This document shows positions 37,956-49,231 of a stretch of 64,000 nucleotides of DNA, piece by piece (the first letter of the stretch is position 1; the number at the start of each line of letters is the position of its first letter). The position numbers and the translations under genes are program-made. The DNA lies in assembly GCF_006345805.1 (NCBI RefSeq), contig NC_043013.1:9052001-9116000 (forward strand), in the 5' to 3' direction. Below the pieces are notes generated by a model. That model ran no database searches, was not told the DNA's origin, and saw only the letters and a list, made by a program, of their open reading frames with translations. Source of the DNA: Octopus sinensis (taxonomy: Eukaryota).

Positions 37956-38334
37956 CAGTAGTTTTATTTTTATAGCGTGCTTTCACTTCACTACCGAGCG
38001 CTGCTCTGTGTGCCTTGGGTATGTGTTGTGATTTGTTGTGATGCTCTGATGGTTATTGTATGGAAAGTGTTCTGCGTAGGATGTGTGCAGTGCCTAGTAG
38101 TGCAATTTTCTGTATGTTATATGTGTTTGTAAGTCCTGGTGTTTTTGTTATGTATTTGTCTGAATATTTTTTTATCATGCCTAATGCACCTACTATGATA
38201 GGAATTGTTTCTGTTTTTAGATTCCACATTCTGGTCACCTCTATTTCCAGGTCTTTGTATTTTGAGAGTTTCTCCATTTCTTTTAGAGACACGTTGTCAT
38301 CTGCAGGTATTGATACATCAATTAGAAAGCATTT
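37956..38334 (-). pseudogene. R4/Dong-like 3' fragment inserted in (ATT)n
   Basis: [38 protein letters not shown]...IQKIALLGTAHILRRTLSIQ; (ATT)n on both sides. Confidence 0.9.
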
Positions 38335-38371
38335 ATTATTATTATTATTATTATTGTTATTATTATTATTA

Positions 38372-38419
<48 letters not shown>

Positions 38420-38837
38420 GTCAGTTTGATTCAGTTTTGGCCTTATTACTGGTAGAATTTATGTGGATAGTGGGTTAATCTAGAAACCTTTGATATCCAC
38501 AAGCTTTCAATAATCTTTCAAGTGCTCAAAACTCTTTCAATAATCTTTCTTGTTTCTAAAAGGTAAACTTTCTGTAGAAACTCTACAGGACATCCCATTC
38601 CAGTCTCCTTTAACCGTTCATTTGTCTACATCATTGACTTATGTCTCGGAGGGGAACTATTTAGATTTTTAACCTTTATACTGATAATTGAAAATAATTC
38701 TTTGTAAAATTTTTTTCATGACTAAAGGTATTTAACAAAATCAAAAATTATTTATGACTCGACCCAATATCCTATTGCACCAGTTATTACAGACACAACC
38801 TTTACAGTTTTTATTATTATTATTATTATTATTATTG

Positions 38838-39090
38838 AAGGCACATAAAAAGCACCATCCGTCCGTGACCATTTGCCAGCTCTGTCTGGCACTTGTGCGG
38901 GTGGCACGTAAAAAGCACTCACTACACTCACGGAGTGGTTGGCGTTAGGAAGGGCATCCAGCCGTAGAAACACTGCCAGATCAGACTGGAGCCTGATGCA
39001 GCCGTCTGGCTTCACAGACCCCAGTTGAACCGTCCAACCCATGCTAGCATGGAAAGCGGACGCTAAATGATGATGATGATGATGATGATT
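38838..39090 (+). mobile_element. RTE 3' UTR copy (about 2 units)
   Basis: Same family tail. Confidence 0.85.
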
Positions 39091-39249
39091 GAAGCCATCA
39101 CACACTATTCAATATTGTGATGTTGTAGTGTGAAGATATTGTGCATATTTGGGATTTGTGCTACCTGTCAAGTCAAAACAAGGACTTCAAACAGACAGTA
39201 CTTTGTGCAGTATGCATGCAGTTCCAAGTAAAGCCATGTTATGTTGTTG

Positions 39250-39286
<37 letters not shown>

Positions 39287-39580
39287 TATTATTATTATTA
39301 CTATATGTTTGACTTTTGCTTTGTATTTGTACAACTTGGCTCCAAGTCTCACCCATAGACCTCCAGAGACAACAAGTTAAAAGTTCATGTTGGTGTTATG
39401 CCAAGGGTGTCATATATTTGGTTTTGCACGTTCAAGAGAATGCTTAAGAAAACAAGAAAAATTATGAGTTTGTTTTAAAATTTGAGATTACATAGACAGT
39501 ATTTTACATAGAATATGAGCAGTTCCCATGAGCACTATCTTTTAAATTTCTGCCATCATCATCATCATCATCATTAATAA

Positions 39581-39643
<63 letters not shown>

Positions 39644-39796
39644 AAATGAACGAACTATTGAGTTTGGTTTAATGGCCTACCAATGTATACTATGAGTTTC
39701 TTTGCCCTAGGAGTCGGGAAGACACTCAGCAAGAAATGAAAGCAAATTTGAAAGAAGAAAAAAATTATAATAATAATTATAATAATAATAATAATA

Positions 39797-39831
<35 letters not shown>

Positions 39832-39895
39832 TATAATAATAATTATAATAATAATAATAATAATAATTATAATAATAATTATAATAATAATAATA

Positions 39896-40118
39896 AGGCA
39901 GCGAGCTGACAGAGTCATTAGCACACTGGATGAAATGCTTGACAGTATTTCGTTCGTTGCTCCGTTCTGAGTTCAGAGGTCGACTTCGCCTTTCATCTTT
40001 TTGGGGGTCAATAAAATAAGTACCAGTTGAACACTGAGGGTCGATGTAATCGACTCATCCCCTCCCCCAAAATTGATGCCCTTGCTGAAAAATTTCAAGC
40101 TATTATTATTAATATTAA

Positions 40119-40157
<39 letters not shown>

Positions 40158-40707
40158 TAATAATAATAATTATTATTATGTGGGGAGGTATGGCCTAGTA
40201 GTTAGGGTGCTACACTCACCATCATGAGATTGTGGTTTCAATTCCTAAACCAGGTGGTGAGTTGTGTTCTTGAGCAAAACACTTCCTCTCACATCAGTCT
40301 GCAATCACTTTGACATCTGACATGCGATAAACTGTACACCTGTTCAGGTAACATTGATTTGATGGAGGGAATGTATGTCACATACATTTGAACACTATAA
40401 ACAGATCAGTGGTGCAAGTCGTTTGGCTAAAGCCGAACACTCATATGTTATCTTTGATGGGAGAGTCCATCATTATTATTATTAAGGCAAGCTGGCAGAA
40501 TCATTAGCTAGCTAGGTAAACTGCTTAGAAACATTACATTCTGGGTTCAAGTTCTACCATGGTCAACTTTGCTTTTCTTCCTTTTGGGGTCAATAAAATA
40601 AACACCAGTTGAGCACTGGAGTCAATATAATCAACTTGCCCTCTCTCCCAAAATTGCTGGCCTTGTGCCACAATTTGAAACCATTATTATTATTACTATT
40701 GTTGTTG

Positions 40708-40757
<50 letters not shown>

Positions 40758-40970
40758 TGAAGGCAGCGAGCTGGCAGAATCGTTAGCATGCTGGACTGAA
40801 ATGCTTTGCGGTATTTCGCCTGTCAGTATGTTCTGAGTTCAAATTCTACTGAGGTCGACTTTGCCTTTCATCCTTTCGGGGTCGATAAATTAAGTACCAG
40901 TTGCGTACTGGGGTGAATGTAATTGACTAGTCCCCTCCCCGTAAATTTGAGGCTTTGTGCCTCCAGCAGG
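39896..40970 (+). mobile_element. Cluster of three SINE-B copies and a SINE head interleaved with (ATT)n
   Basis: ggcagcgagctg(a/g)cagaatc...gtcgactttgcctttcatcctttcggggtcgataaa at about 39896, 40486 and 40760. Confidence 0.8.
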
Positions 40971-41426
40971 AAGCATTATTATTATTATTATTATTATTAT
41001 TAATATAATTATTATTATTATTATTATTATTATTAATATTATTAGCTTAATAAGGAGAGGAAAGACAATGTCTTTTGAAGGTCTTCAAGAGTAATAAGAG
41101 GAGGAAGGGAGAATTTTCTTCTCAGATTGGAAATTTGGCCTAAATACTTGCAACAGAGTGAATTCCACCAAAGACAACCATGTGCTAAGTAGTGATATTA
41201 AACCAGGCAACAAATTAAGTTTACTCAGTGCTTTCTATCATAAGGGGCACACTAGCAATTTGCCTAGGGGCACCATAGATGTAAATGGGGATGAGGGTAT
41301 AGAGAAGGGCCTAGAGCTTATTTATGTATGCCATGGCTGTACATCGAGGGGTTTCAGTGCAAGGCTTTTTTCAGACTGTGGAGCTATAACACTGCCAAGA
41401 TGGCTATTCCCTATCATCCAAGGACT

Positions 41427-41787
41427 CTTTTACTTGTTTCAGTCCTTTTGACTGCAGCCATGCTGGAGCACCGCCTTTAATTGAGCAAATCGACCCCAGG
41501 ACTTATTCTTTATAAGCCTAGTACTGATTATATCAGTCTCTTTTGCCGAACCCCTCAGTTACGGGGATGTCAACACACACACACAAACATATACACACAC
41601 ATACATATATCACTACACTCGCGGAGTGGTTGGTGTTAGGAAGGGCATCCAGCCGTAGAAACTCTGCCAGATCAGACTGGAGCCTGGAGCAGCCCCTGGC
41701 TTCCCAGACCCCGGTCGAACCATCCAACTTGTGCTAGCGTGGAAAACGGACGTTAAACGATGATGATGATGATGATGATAAATATAT

Positions 41788-41859
<72 letters not shown>

Positions 41860-42105
41860 CCTTGGGCCGACCAAAGCCTTGTGAGTGGATTTGGTAGGCA
41901 GAAACTGAAAGAAGCCCATCATATATATATATATATATATACGATGGGCTTCTTTCAGTTTCTGTTTACCAAATCCACTCACAAGGCTTTGGTCAGCCTG
42001 AGGCTATAGTAGAAGACACTTGCCCAAGGTGCCACGTAGTGGGACTGAACCCGGAACCATGTGGTTGGTAAGCAAGCTATTTACCACACAGCCACTCCTG
42101 CACCT
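41427..42105 (-). mobile_element. SINE-A with an RTE tail inserted in its central microsatellite and a local inverted duplication
   Basis: 3' half 41427-41600, RTE tail 41610-41780, inverted segment 41855-41920, 5' half 41943-42105. Confidence 0.8.
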
Positions 42106-42344
42106 GGGACATTAACATGGTCCTTCCAAAGGTTTCTCATCGCAGTTTCCATCTACAAAATTTTACTCACAAGGTGCTGGTGTCACATAAAAATCCCCTG
42201 TGCCAATGCCATGCAAAACACACCCAAGCTGGTGCCACATAATAAGCACCCATGCTGATGCCATGTACACAGCATCCATGCTAGTGTCATGTAAAAAAAA
42301 AAACACTCAGTATTCTCTGTAAAAAGTACACGAAAATTTTTTTA

Positions 42345-42675
42345 AGAAAATATCCTGCACCCATCAGTAGGAGAAATGTGCTTCTCCATAATAGTACAAG
42401 ACCACATTTAGTAAGAATCATACAGGATAAAATATTGGATTTATGCTGGTCTGTTCTACTCTCTCCACTGTTTTCACCAGACCTTGCACCAACTGATTTC
42501 CATCATTTTCGCTCTCAAGAAAATGCTCTGATGAGGAATAAAATTTTCTCAAGAAGACCAGGTGATAAAATATGTGAAAAGATTCTTCATGTTGAAGCCA
42601 GCAAAATTTTTCTTGAGAGGAATCAAAGTAGTAAATGGTAAGAGGTCATTCAAAATAATGGCACCTATACTGATA
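42345..42675 (+). pseudogene. Mariner transposase C-terminal remnant
   Basis: LLHNSTRPH...WSVLLSPLFSPDLAPTDFHHFRS (HDNARPH and YSPDLAPSD-like motifs). Confidence 0.8.
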
Positions 42676-42682
42676 ATCATGT

Positions 42683-42960
42683 GAAAGCATGTGGCTCAAT
42701 GGTTAGAGCATTGGTTGCTCAATCATGAGGTAGTGAGTTCGATTCCTAGGCCGGACTGTGTATTGTGTTCTCGAGCAAGGCACTTTATTTCAAGTCGTTC
42801 GAGTTCATTCAGCTGTAGAAATGAGTTGTGATGTCACTGGTGCCGAGATGTATTAGCCTTTGTTTTTCCTTTGGATAACAGCAGTGGTGTGGAGAGGGGA
42901 GGGTGGTATGAATGGGTAACTCCAGGTCTTCCATAAAACAACCTTGCCCAGACTATCAAG
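42683..42960 (+). mobile_element. SINE-D copy
   Basis: gaaagcatgtggctcaatggttagagc...gagttcgattcctagg...gtgttctcgagcaaggcacttt. Confidence 0.85.
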
Positions 42961-43030
42961 ATTTTACCTTTATACTGACAATAGAAAATAATTCTTTGTA
43001 AATTCTGAGTAAAGGTGTTTAACAAAACTG

Positions 43031-43345
43031 AATATGGCTAACCACAAAGTGGGGGTGTTACAGTCAGTTTTTCGAAATCAGTGACAGACGTCACTAGAAA
43101 AACTCTTATATATTTGCAAAGCAAGCCTTGCCTTTCATCGTGACCTGGTGGTTACAGCCCGTTGATAAGAGACAATAATCTCGAAACCGCGGTCCGGTGC
43201 GTATCACTAAGGCTTACAAGGAAGGGAAGGCTTCCCTTTGCAAATACCTGAAGGGCACAGAAAGTGTGCCTAAAGCCAGCTGGAGACGTCGATCTCCTGA
43301 GGCTAAAAGCTACAGTAACACCCCCACTTTGTGGTTAGCCATATT
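43031..43345 (+). mobile_element. 315-bp cassette with perfect 31-bp terminal inverted repeats carrying a hammerhead ribozyme fold
   Basis: aatatggctaaccacaaagtgggggtgttac (43031-43061) is the exact reverse complement of 43315-43345. Confidence 0.85.
43146..43209 (+). ncRNA. Minimal type-I hammerhead ribozyme, U3-A8 core variant, predicted cleavage after C43194
   Basis: Stem I gcccg/cgg(t)gc with distal tggtggttac/gtatcacta; core TTGATAA 43162-43168; stem II GAGA-caataa-TCTC; GAAA; palindromic stem III ACCGCGGT; GUC triplet. Confidence 0.8.
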
Positions 43346-43413
43346 GAGATGGCTTTTATACTTTACATTGTTGAGCGGTTACTGTTTACATCTCGCTCTG
43401 AGATTTAATAATG

Positions 43414-43457
<44 letters not shown>

Positions 43458-43769
43458 ATGATAATAATAATATAATAATAATAATAATAAAATAATATGA
43501 GGGAATATTATTACAAACTTACAGGGAAAAATTCAATTTAGAAATACTAAATCAAATTTCACAAAATATAATTTATATATATATAACTTAGAAAAGAAAA
43601 ACCCACCTTTTATCAATTCAATGATGAAAAATTAAATTATACCATTTAAAAAAATTACATATTATAGAAAGAATAAATATAAGATATAAAACATATAACA
43701 ATGATTAAGTAATGTACAAAATAGTAAATAAAACATATATATATATATATATATATCAAAAAATCAAAA

Positions 43770-44910
43770 ACTGAAAAAATCAAAAATCAAAATCGATCAA
43801 CATGAATGAAAATTGTCGCTGTGATATCAGTGCTGGTGGCACATAAGAGAACCATCCGAACGTGGCCATTGCCAGTGCCGCCCTGACTGGCTTCGTGCCG
43901 GTGGCACGTAAAAAGCACCATCCAATCGTGGCCGTTTTCCAGCTTCGCCTGGCCTCCGTGCCGGTGGCACGTAAAAAGCACTATCCGACTGTGGCCGTTT
44001 GCCAGCCTCGCCTGGCCCCCGTGCCGGTGGCACGTAAAAAGCACCATCCGACCATGGCCATTTGCCAGACTTGTCTGGCACCTGTGCAGGTGGCACGTAA
44101 AAAGCACCCACTACACTCATGGAGTGGTTGGCATTAGGAAGGGCATCCAGCCATAGAAAACCATGCCAAATCAGACTGGGCCTGGTGCAGCCTTCTGGCT
44201 TCCCAGACCCCAGTTGAACCCTCCAACCCATGCTAGCATGGAAAGCGGACACTAAATGATGATGATGATGAAGATGATGATATATAAAAGCTCCCCCAGC
44301 TCTTCACAACATCAGTATTATTCTTCATCAGTTTGGTATTCAGTGCATAGTTTCCTGTTGCTGGTGATCTGCAATAAGGTGAAATCACATGCTACAGTGG
44401 TGCCATCTACCAGTACTAACCAAATCTAGTGAACTAACAGAATTTCAAACCCTTTTAGGGTTTGTCATCTATACAAAATGATTTTTGTGGGACCGCCGCC
44501 TCGACTGGCTTCTGTGCTGGTGGCACAAAAAAGCACCATCCGAACATGGCCGATGCCAGTGCTGCCTCAACTGGCTCCAGTGCCAGTGGCACATAAAAAG
44601 CACCATCCGAACGTGGCCGATGCCAGCGCCGACTTGGCTGACTTCCGTGCCGGTGGCACGTTAAAAGCACCAACCGATCGTGGCCGATGCCGGACCCCCC
44701 TGGCACCTGTGCAGGTGGCACGTAAAAAGCACCCATTACACTCGCGGAGTGGTTGGCGTTAGGAAGGGCATCCAGCTGTAGAAACTCTGCCAGATCAAAC
44801 TGGAGCCTGGTGCAGCCCCCGGCTTCCCAGACCCCGGTCGAACCGTCCAACCCGTGCTAGCGCGGAAAACGGACGTTAAACGATGATGATGATGATGATG
44901 ATGATGATGA
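43770..44910 (+). mobile_element. Two RTE 3' UTR copies (43770-44280 and 44490-44910)
   Basis: About 5 and 4 tandem units, each ending in (GAT)n. Confidence 0.85.
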
Positions 44911-44917
44911 TATACAT

Positions 44918-45066
44918 ATCCTGAAAAAGACAGGATGCCCTGAAAAATTTTGAGAATGCTTAGACAGTTTCATGACAAGATAGAAGTGAGAGTTAATGTT
45001 GGAGGTATCTTATCGGATCCAATATCTGTAGAAAATGGTGTAAAACAAGGTAATATTCCTGCTCCC
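44918..45066 (+). pseudogene. RTE reverse transcriptase fragment
   Basis: LKKTGCPEK...LRQFHDKIEVRVNVGGILSDPISVENGVKQGNIPAP. Confidence 0.75.
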
Positions 45067-45154
45067 ATGAGAAATGAGTTGCAATGTCACTGGTTCAAAG
45101 CTATATCAACCTAGCTAGCTAGGTTGATATAGCTTGGCACCATAGCTAGATAGG

Positions 45155-45221
<67 letters not shown>

Positions 45222-45224
<3 letters not shown>

Positions 45225-45679
45225 TGTTCTTTATTAGGACACACAGGGCTGCCCACAGACGGGACAATTACAAGGTAGAGCTTTTCTTTTTGGGGATAAA
45301 AAAAGGGGGTTTGGTTTTCGATCAAAAGGGATCGTAAAAGGAAAGAAAGAGGAAAGCAAAAAAAAAAGGGGGGGGGATAAAATGAAAAAGAAAAAATCGA
45401 TCAATAGGGATCATTATCACAGAAATGTCAATATAAAGTGTAAAGGGGAGGACAGGTGAGGTTTACCCGTGGAAAGAAAAGCCAACGGAAAAGACCGCGG
45501 TAACCTCGGTCAATGAACTCACATGTTATATTTTTTTACAAATAAGCAACTCTCTGTATTAATTTTTACGGTTCATAGGATCATGGTCAAGGGGGCTTCG
45601 TTATTCATACGTGCTATCCTTGCTACATTCACCCATCTTTTTTTAAAACATTCACTAGACAAAACTTGCCTCTCTACTC

Positions 45680-45680
<1 letters not shown>
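45222..45680 (-). mobile_element. Tx1/L1-like LINE 3' end embedded in (GATA)n
   Basis: Minus strand RQVLSSECFKKRWVNVARIARMNN, then 3' UTR ending aataaagaacata-(TATC)n; (GATA)n at about 45150-45221 and 45680-45757. Confidence 0.6.
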
Positions 45681-45758
<78 letters not shown>

Positions 45759-46189
45759 AGAGAGTGAGGTAGAGTTGTTTATTTACTTTATGCACCAGTA
45801 ATATTGTAACAACTATAATGTGTCACCTCATTTATGAGCTTAGTGATTTTAATCGATTTTTATCAATCCCACCCAACACGGTACTTATTTTATCGAACTC
45901 TTATTTGTTGACCATTAACTGGCCATAAAGGGACAAAGCTTACACACACACATTTATATATATATATATATATAATGAAAATATGATGTAAATAATGTAT
46001 ATTTAAGACGAGCTGTCTGCACAACTTCCGTTCTGTCTACCAAATTCTATTGATAACTGACAACAGCCAGCCCTAGGCTATGGAACAGACAGGCCCTCTT
46101 TGAAAAATTTTGTCATGAGCTCCGAATTAATTCTCAATTAGTTCTGGATCTGCTTCTGTGAAAATCGTTCGGACGAAGTGAAATGTGCC

Positions 46190-46641
46190 CCTGTATATAT
46201 ATATATACACACGCGACCGCACACACATACATATAGATGATGTACATAAATATCTACATACGTGTATATTAGATATATATATTATATATTATATATAATA
46301 TATATATATACGTGTATATATATATATATATATATATACGTGTATATATAGATCTATATATATATATATATATACGTGTATATAGAGATATATATCGAAT
46401 ATATAACGTGTATATAATATATATATAAGATATATACGTGTATATATATATATATGATATATATATATACGTGTATAGATATATATATATATATACGTGA
46501 TACGGGTAGATATAGATATAAATATATATACGGGGATATATATATATATAGATATAGATATAGTGTATATATATACGTGTATATATATATATATATATAT
46601 ATACGTGTATCTATATATATATATTATATATATATATATAA

Positions 46642-46675
<34 letters not shown>

Positions 46676-46687
46676 GTGTATATATAG

Positions 46688-46718
<31 letters not shown>

Positions 46719-46781
46719 AGATATATATATATATATATATACGTGTATATATATATATATATATATATATATGATAACGTG

Positions 46782-46812
<31 letters not shown>

Positions 46813-46884
46813 CGTGTATATATAGATATATATATAATATATATACGTGTATAATATATATATATATATATATAATATATATAT

Positions 46885-46915
<31 letters not shown>

Positions 46916-46946
46916 CATATATATATAATATATATATACGTGTATA

Positions 46947-46977
<31 letters not shown>

Positions 46978-47156
46978 ACGGTATATATATATATATATAT
47001 AATATATATATATATATACGTGTTATATATATATATATTATATACGTGTATATATATATAGATATATATAATACGTGTATATATATATATATATATATAG
47101 ACGTGTATATCTATATATATATATATATATACGTGTATATATATATATATATACGT

Positions 47157-47194
<38 letters not shown>

Positions 47195-47219
47195 AATATA
47201 TATACTGTATATATATATA

Positions 47220-47254
<35 letters not shown>

Positions 47255-47383
47255 CGTGTATATATATATATATATATATATAGATAATAGATATATATAT
47301 ATACGTGTAGTATATATATATATATATAATATATACGTGTATATATATATATATACGTGTATATATTATATATTATATATACG

Positions 47384-47419
<36 letters not shown>

Positions 47420-47651
47420 GGTATATAGAATATATATATATATATATATATATATACGTGTATAGATATATAATATATATATATATATACGTGTATATAT
47501 AATATATATATTATAATATCTATATATATATATATATATATTACGTGTATATATATATATAATAATTATATATACGTGTATATATATATAATATATATAT
47601 ATATATATCGTGTATATAATTATATATATTATATATCTATATATATCCGTG

Positions 47652-47683
<32 letters not shown>

Positions 47684-47733
47684 ACGTGTATATATATATA
47701 TATATTATATATATATATATTATATATATACTG

Positions 47734-47767
<34 letters not shown>

Positions 47768-47905
47768 TATAATATATATTATCTATCTATAACGGTGTAT
47801 ATATATAATAATATATTATATATATATATATAATATATATATATATATATCTAAGTGATATATATATATATATATATATATATAGATATATATATATATA
47901 TATTT
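46190..47905. repeat. About 1.7-kb (TA)n satellite punctuated by CGTG
   Basis: Recurrent tatatatacgtgtatata. Confidence 0.95.
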
Positions 47906-47908
47906 AAA

Positions 47909-48115
47909 TTTATTTTATAGAAGGAGCTTCTACAGGACTAGAACTGTTTCATTCAAAAGAAATCATCAGGAAGCCAGGCTTCTGATGATTTCTCTTGAAT
48001 GAAACGTTCTAGTCCGTGTAGAAGCTCCTTCTATAAAATAAAATTAATTTACTCTGCTATGTATTGAGTACCTTATTTACTGTGGTTAACCCCGACTCAA
48101 CCCGGGACCTACATA
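47909..48115. mobile_element. Near-perfect 67-bp-arm palindrome of a Penelope-like end containing CTGATGA...GAAAC
   Basis: Arms 47909-47975 and 47977-48042; the plus copy continues to about 48115; (TA)n on both sides. Confidence 0.7.
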
Positions 48116-48140
48116 TATAATATATATATAGATATATATA

Positions 48141-48179
<39 letters not shown>

Positions 48180-49231
48180 CTCCATGTATATAAATACTTA
48201 TATAAAGTTTGTTTTATTTTGAATTAAAAAGTCGGGGACACACACACAAACACATGTATGTAATATATAAAGCATGTGTGTAATACATGTGTATGTATAT
48301 ATAGAGAGAAAGAGAGAGACAAGCAGAAAGGGTGAAAGAGAGAAAGAGCGAGAGGGGCGTGCATCTATACATAAACGCACGTACACAAACCATTTTAGTT
48401 CGAGACTCACACACGCACATAAATAAATTGATACATAAAATAAATAAACGAACAACATAGAAATTTAAAGTTTGTATAAAGTACTTACTGCTGTCATGAT
48501 CGGAGAAAAAAATTGAACGGTAGGTTGTCGACCCGATTGAGTTCTCTTATCTGCTCTGGTCTCCGTCAGTGTTTTAAGGACGAAATATTACGTTTCGCTG
48601 CTGTGTTCGTCAAGATATTGCTTTATACATACAATGTTCATTCAAAGCTTACACGCGGTTATGACTACTACGATACGACAGCGCGTACTTGCTTCAATTA
48701 CCTGTGACGTTATTACCCTGACTGTCACATAAACTCTTGAGAGTTTTTTCACAGACGGGCAACTTTCACTAGAATGTTTTCTCAATTAAAAAGCAGTCGA
48801 TCTCAACCAATTGACACTTATGAATAATACTACGATAATAATATCATTTTCAATAGTATTCGAATCACGATGTTTGTTTGTGTTTTGGCATTTCTTTTGT
48901 TTTGTGGGTGTGTAAGGGAAACACAAGTTCTGACGTAGTTCATATAAACAATTCCTTCACCGCCACGTCAGTGAAGCAATTACCCACTGAAAACGAGTTC
49001 AAAACTTCGTTCTTTTTTTTTTCTTTCTTTCTTTCTTTTGGATCAACTTTCTTGGGGGGCAGTCAACATTTTCAATTTTGATCTGTACGTTTCTAACAGA
49101 AAGTGAAATACTTTTTCCTTTTGTTATTTTTATAGCATTTTAATAGTATTTTTGGTATGGTGAGTGGGTACAAAGGGGAGACTTTTTCAGCGTTATTGAC
49201 TTTCAGAAACAAAATATATTTTTACAAATGT

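Noticed and set aside
46289-47833. Long I/Y-rich ORFs (also 24101-24444, 30613-32348, 14700-15468, 58606-59109)
   Set aside because: Translations of (TA)n, (ATT)n, (CA)n and (GAA)n microsatellites; no coding signal.
48581-48620. Minus-strand aatat-CTTGACGA-acacagcagc-GAAAC-GTA-atatt hammerhead-like string
   Set aside because: Stem I pairs, but the core has an extra U and stem II cannot pair; likely chance or too decayed to call.
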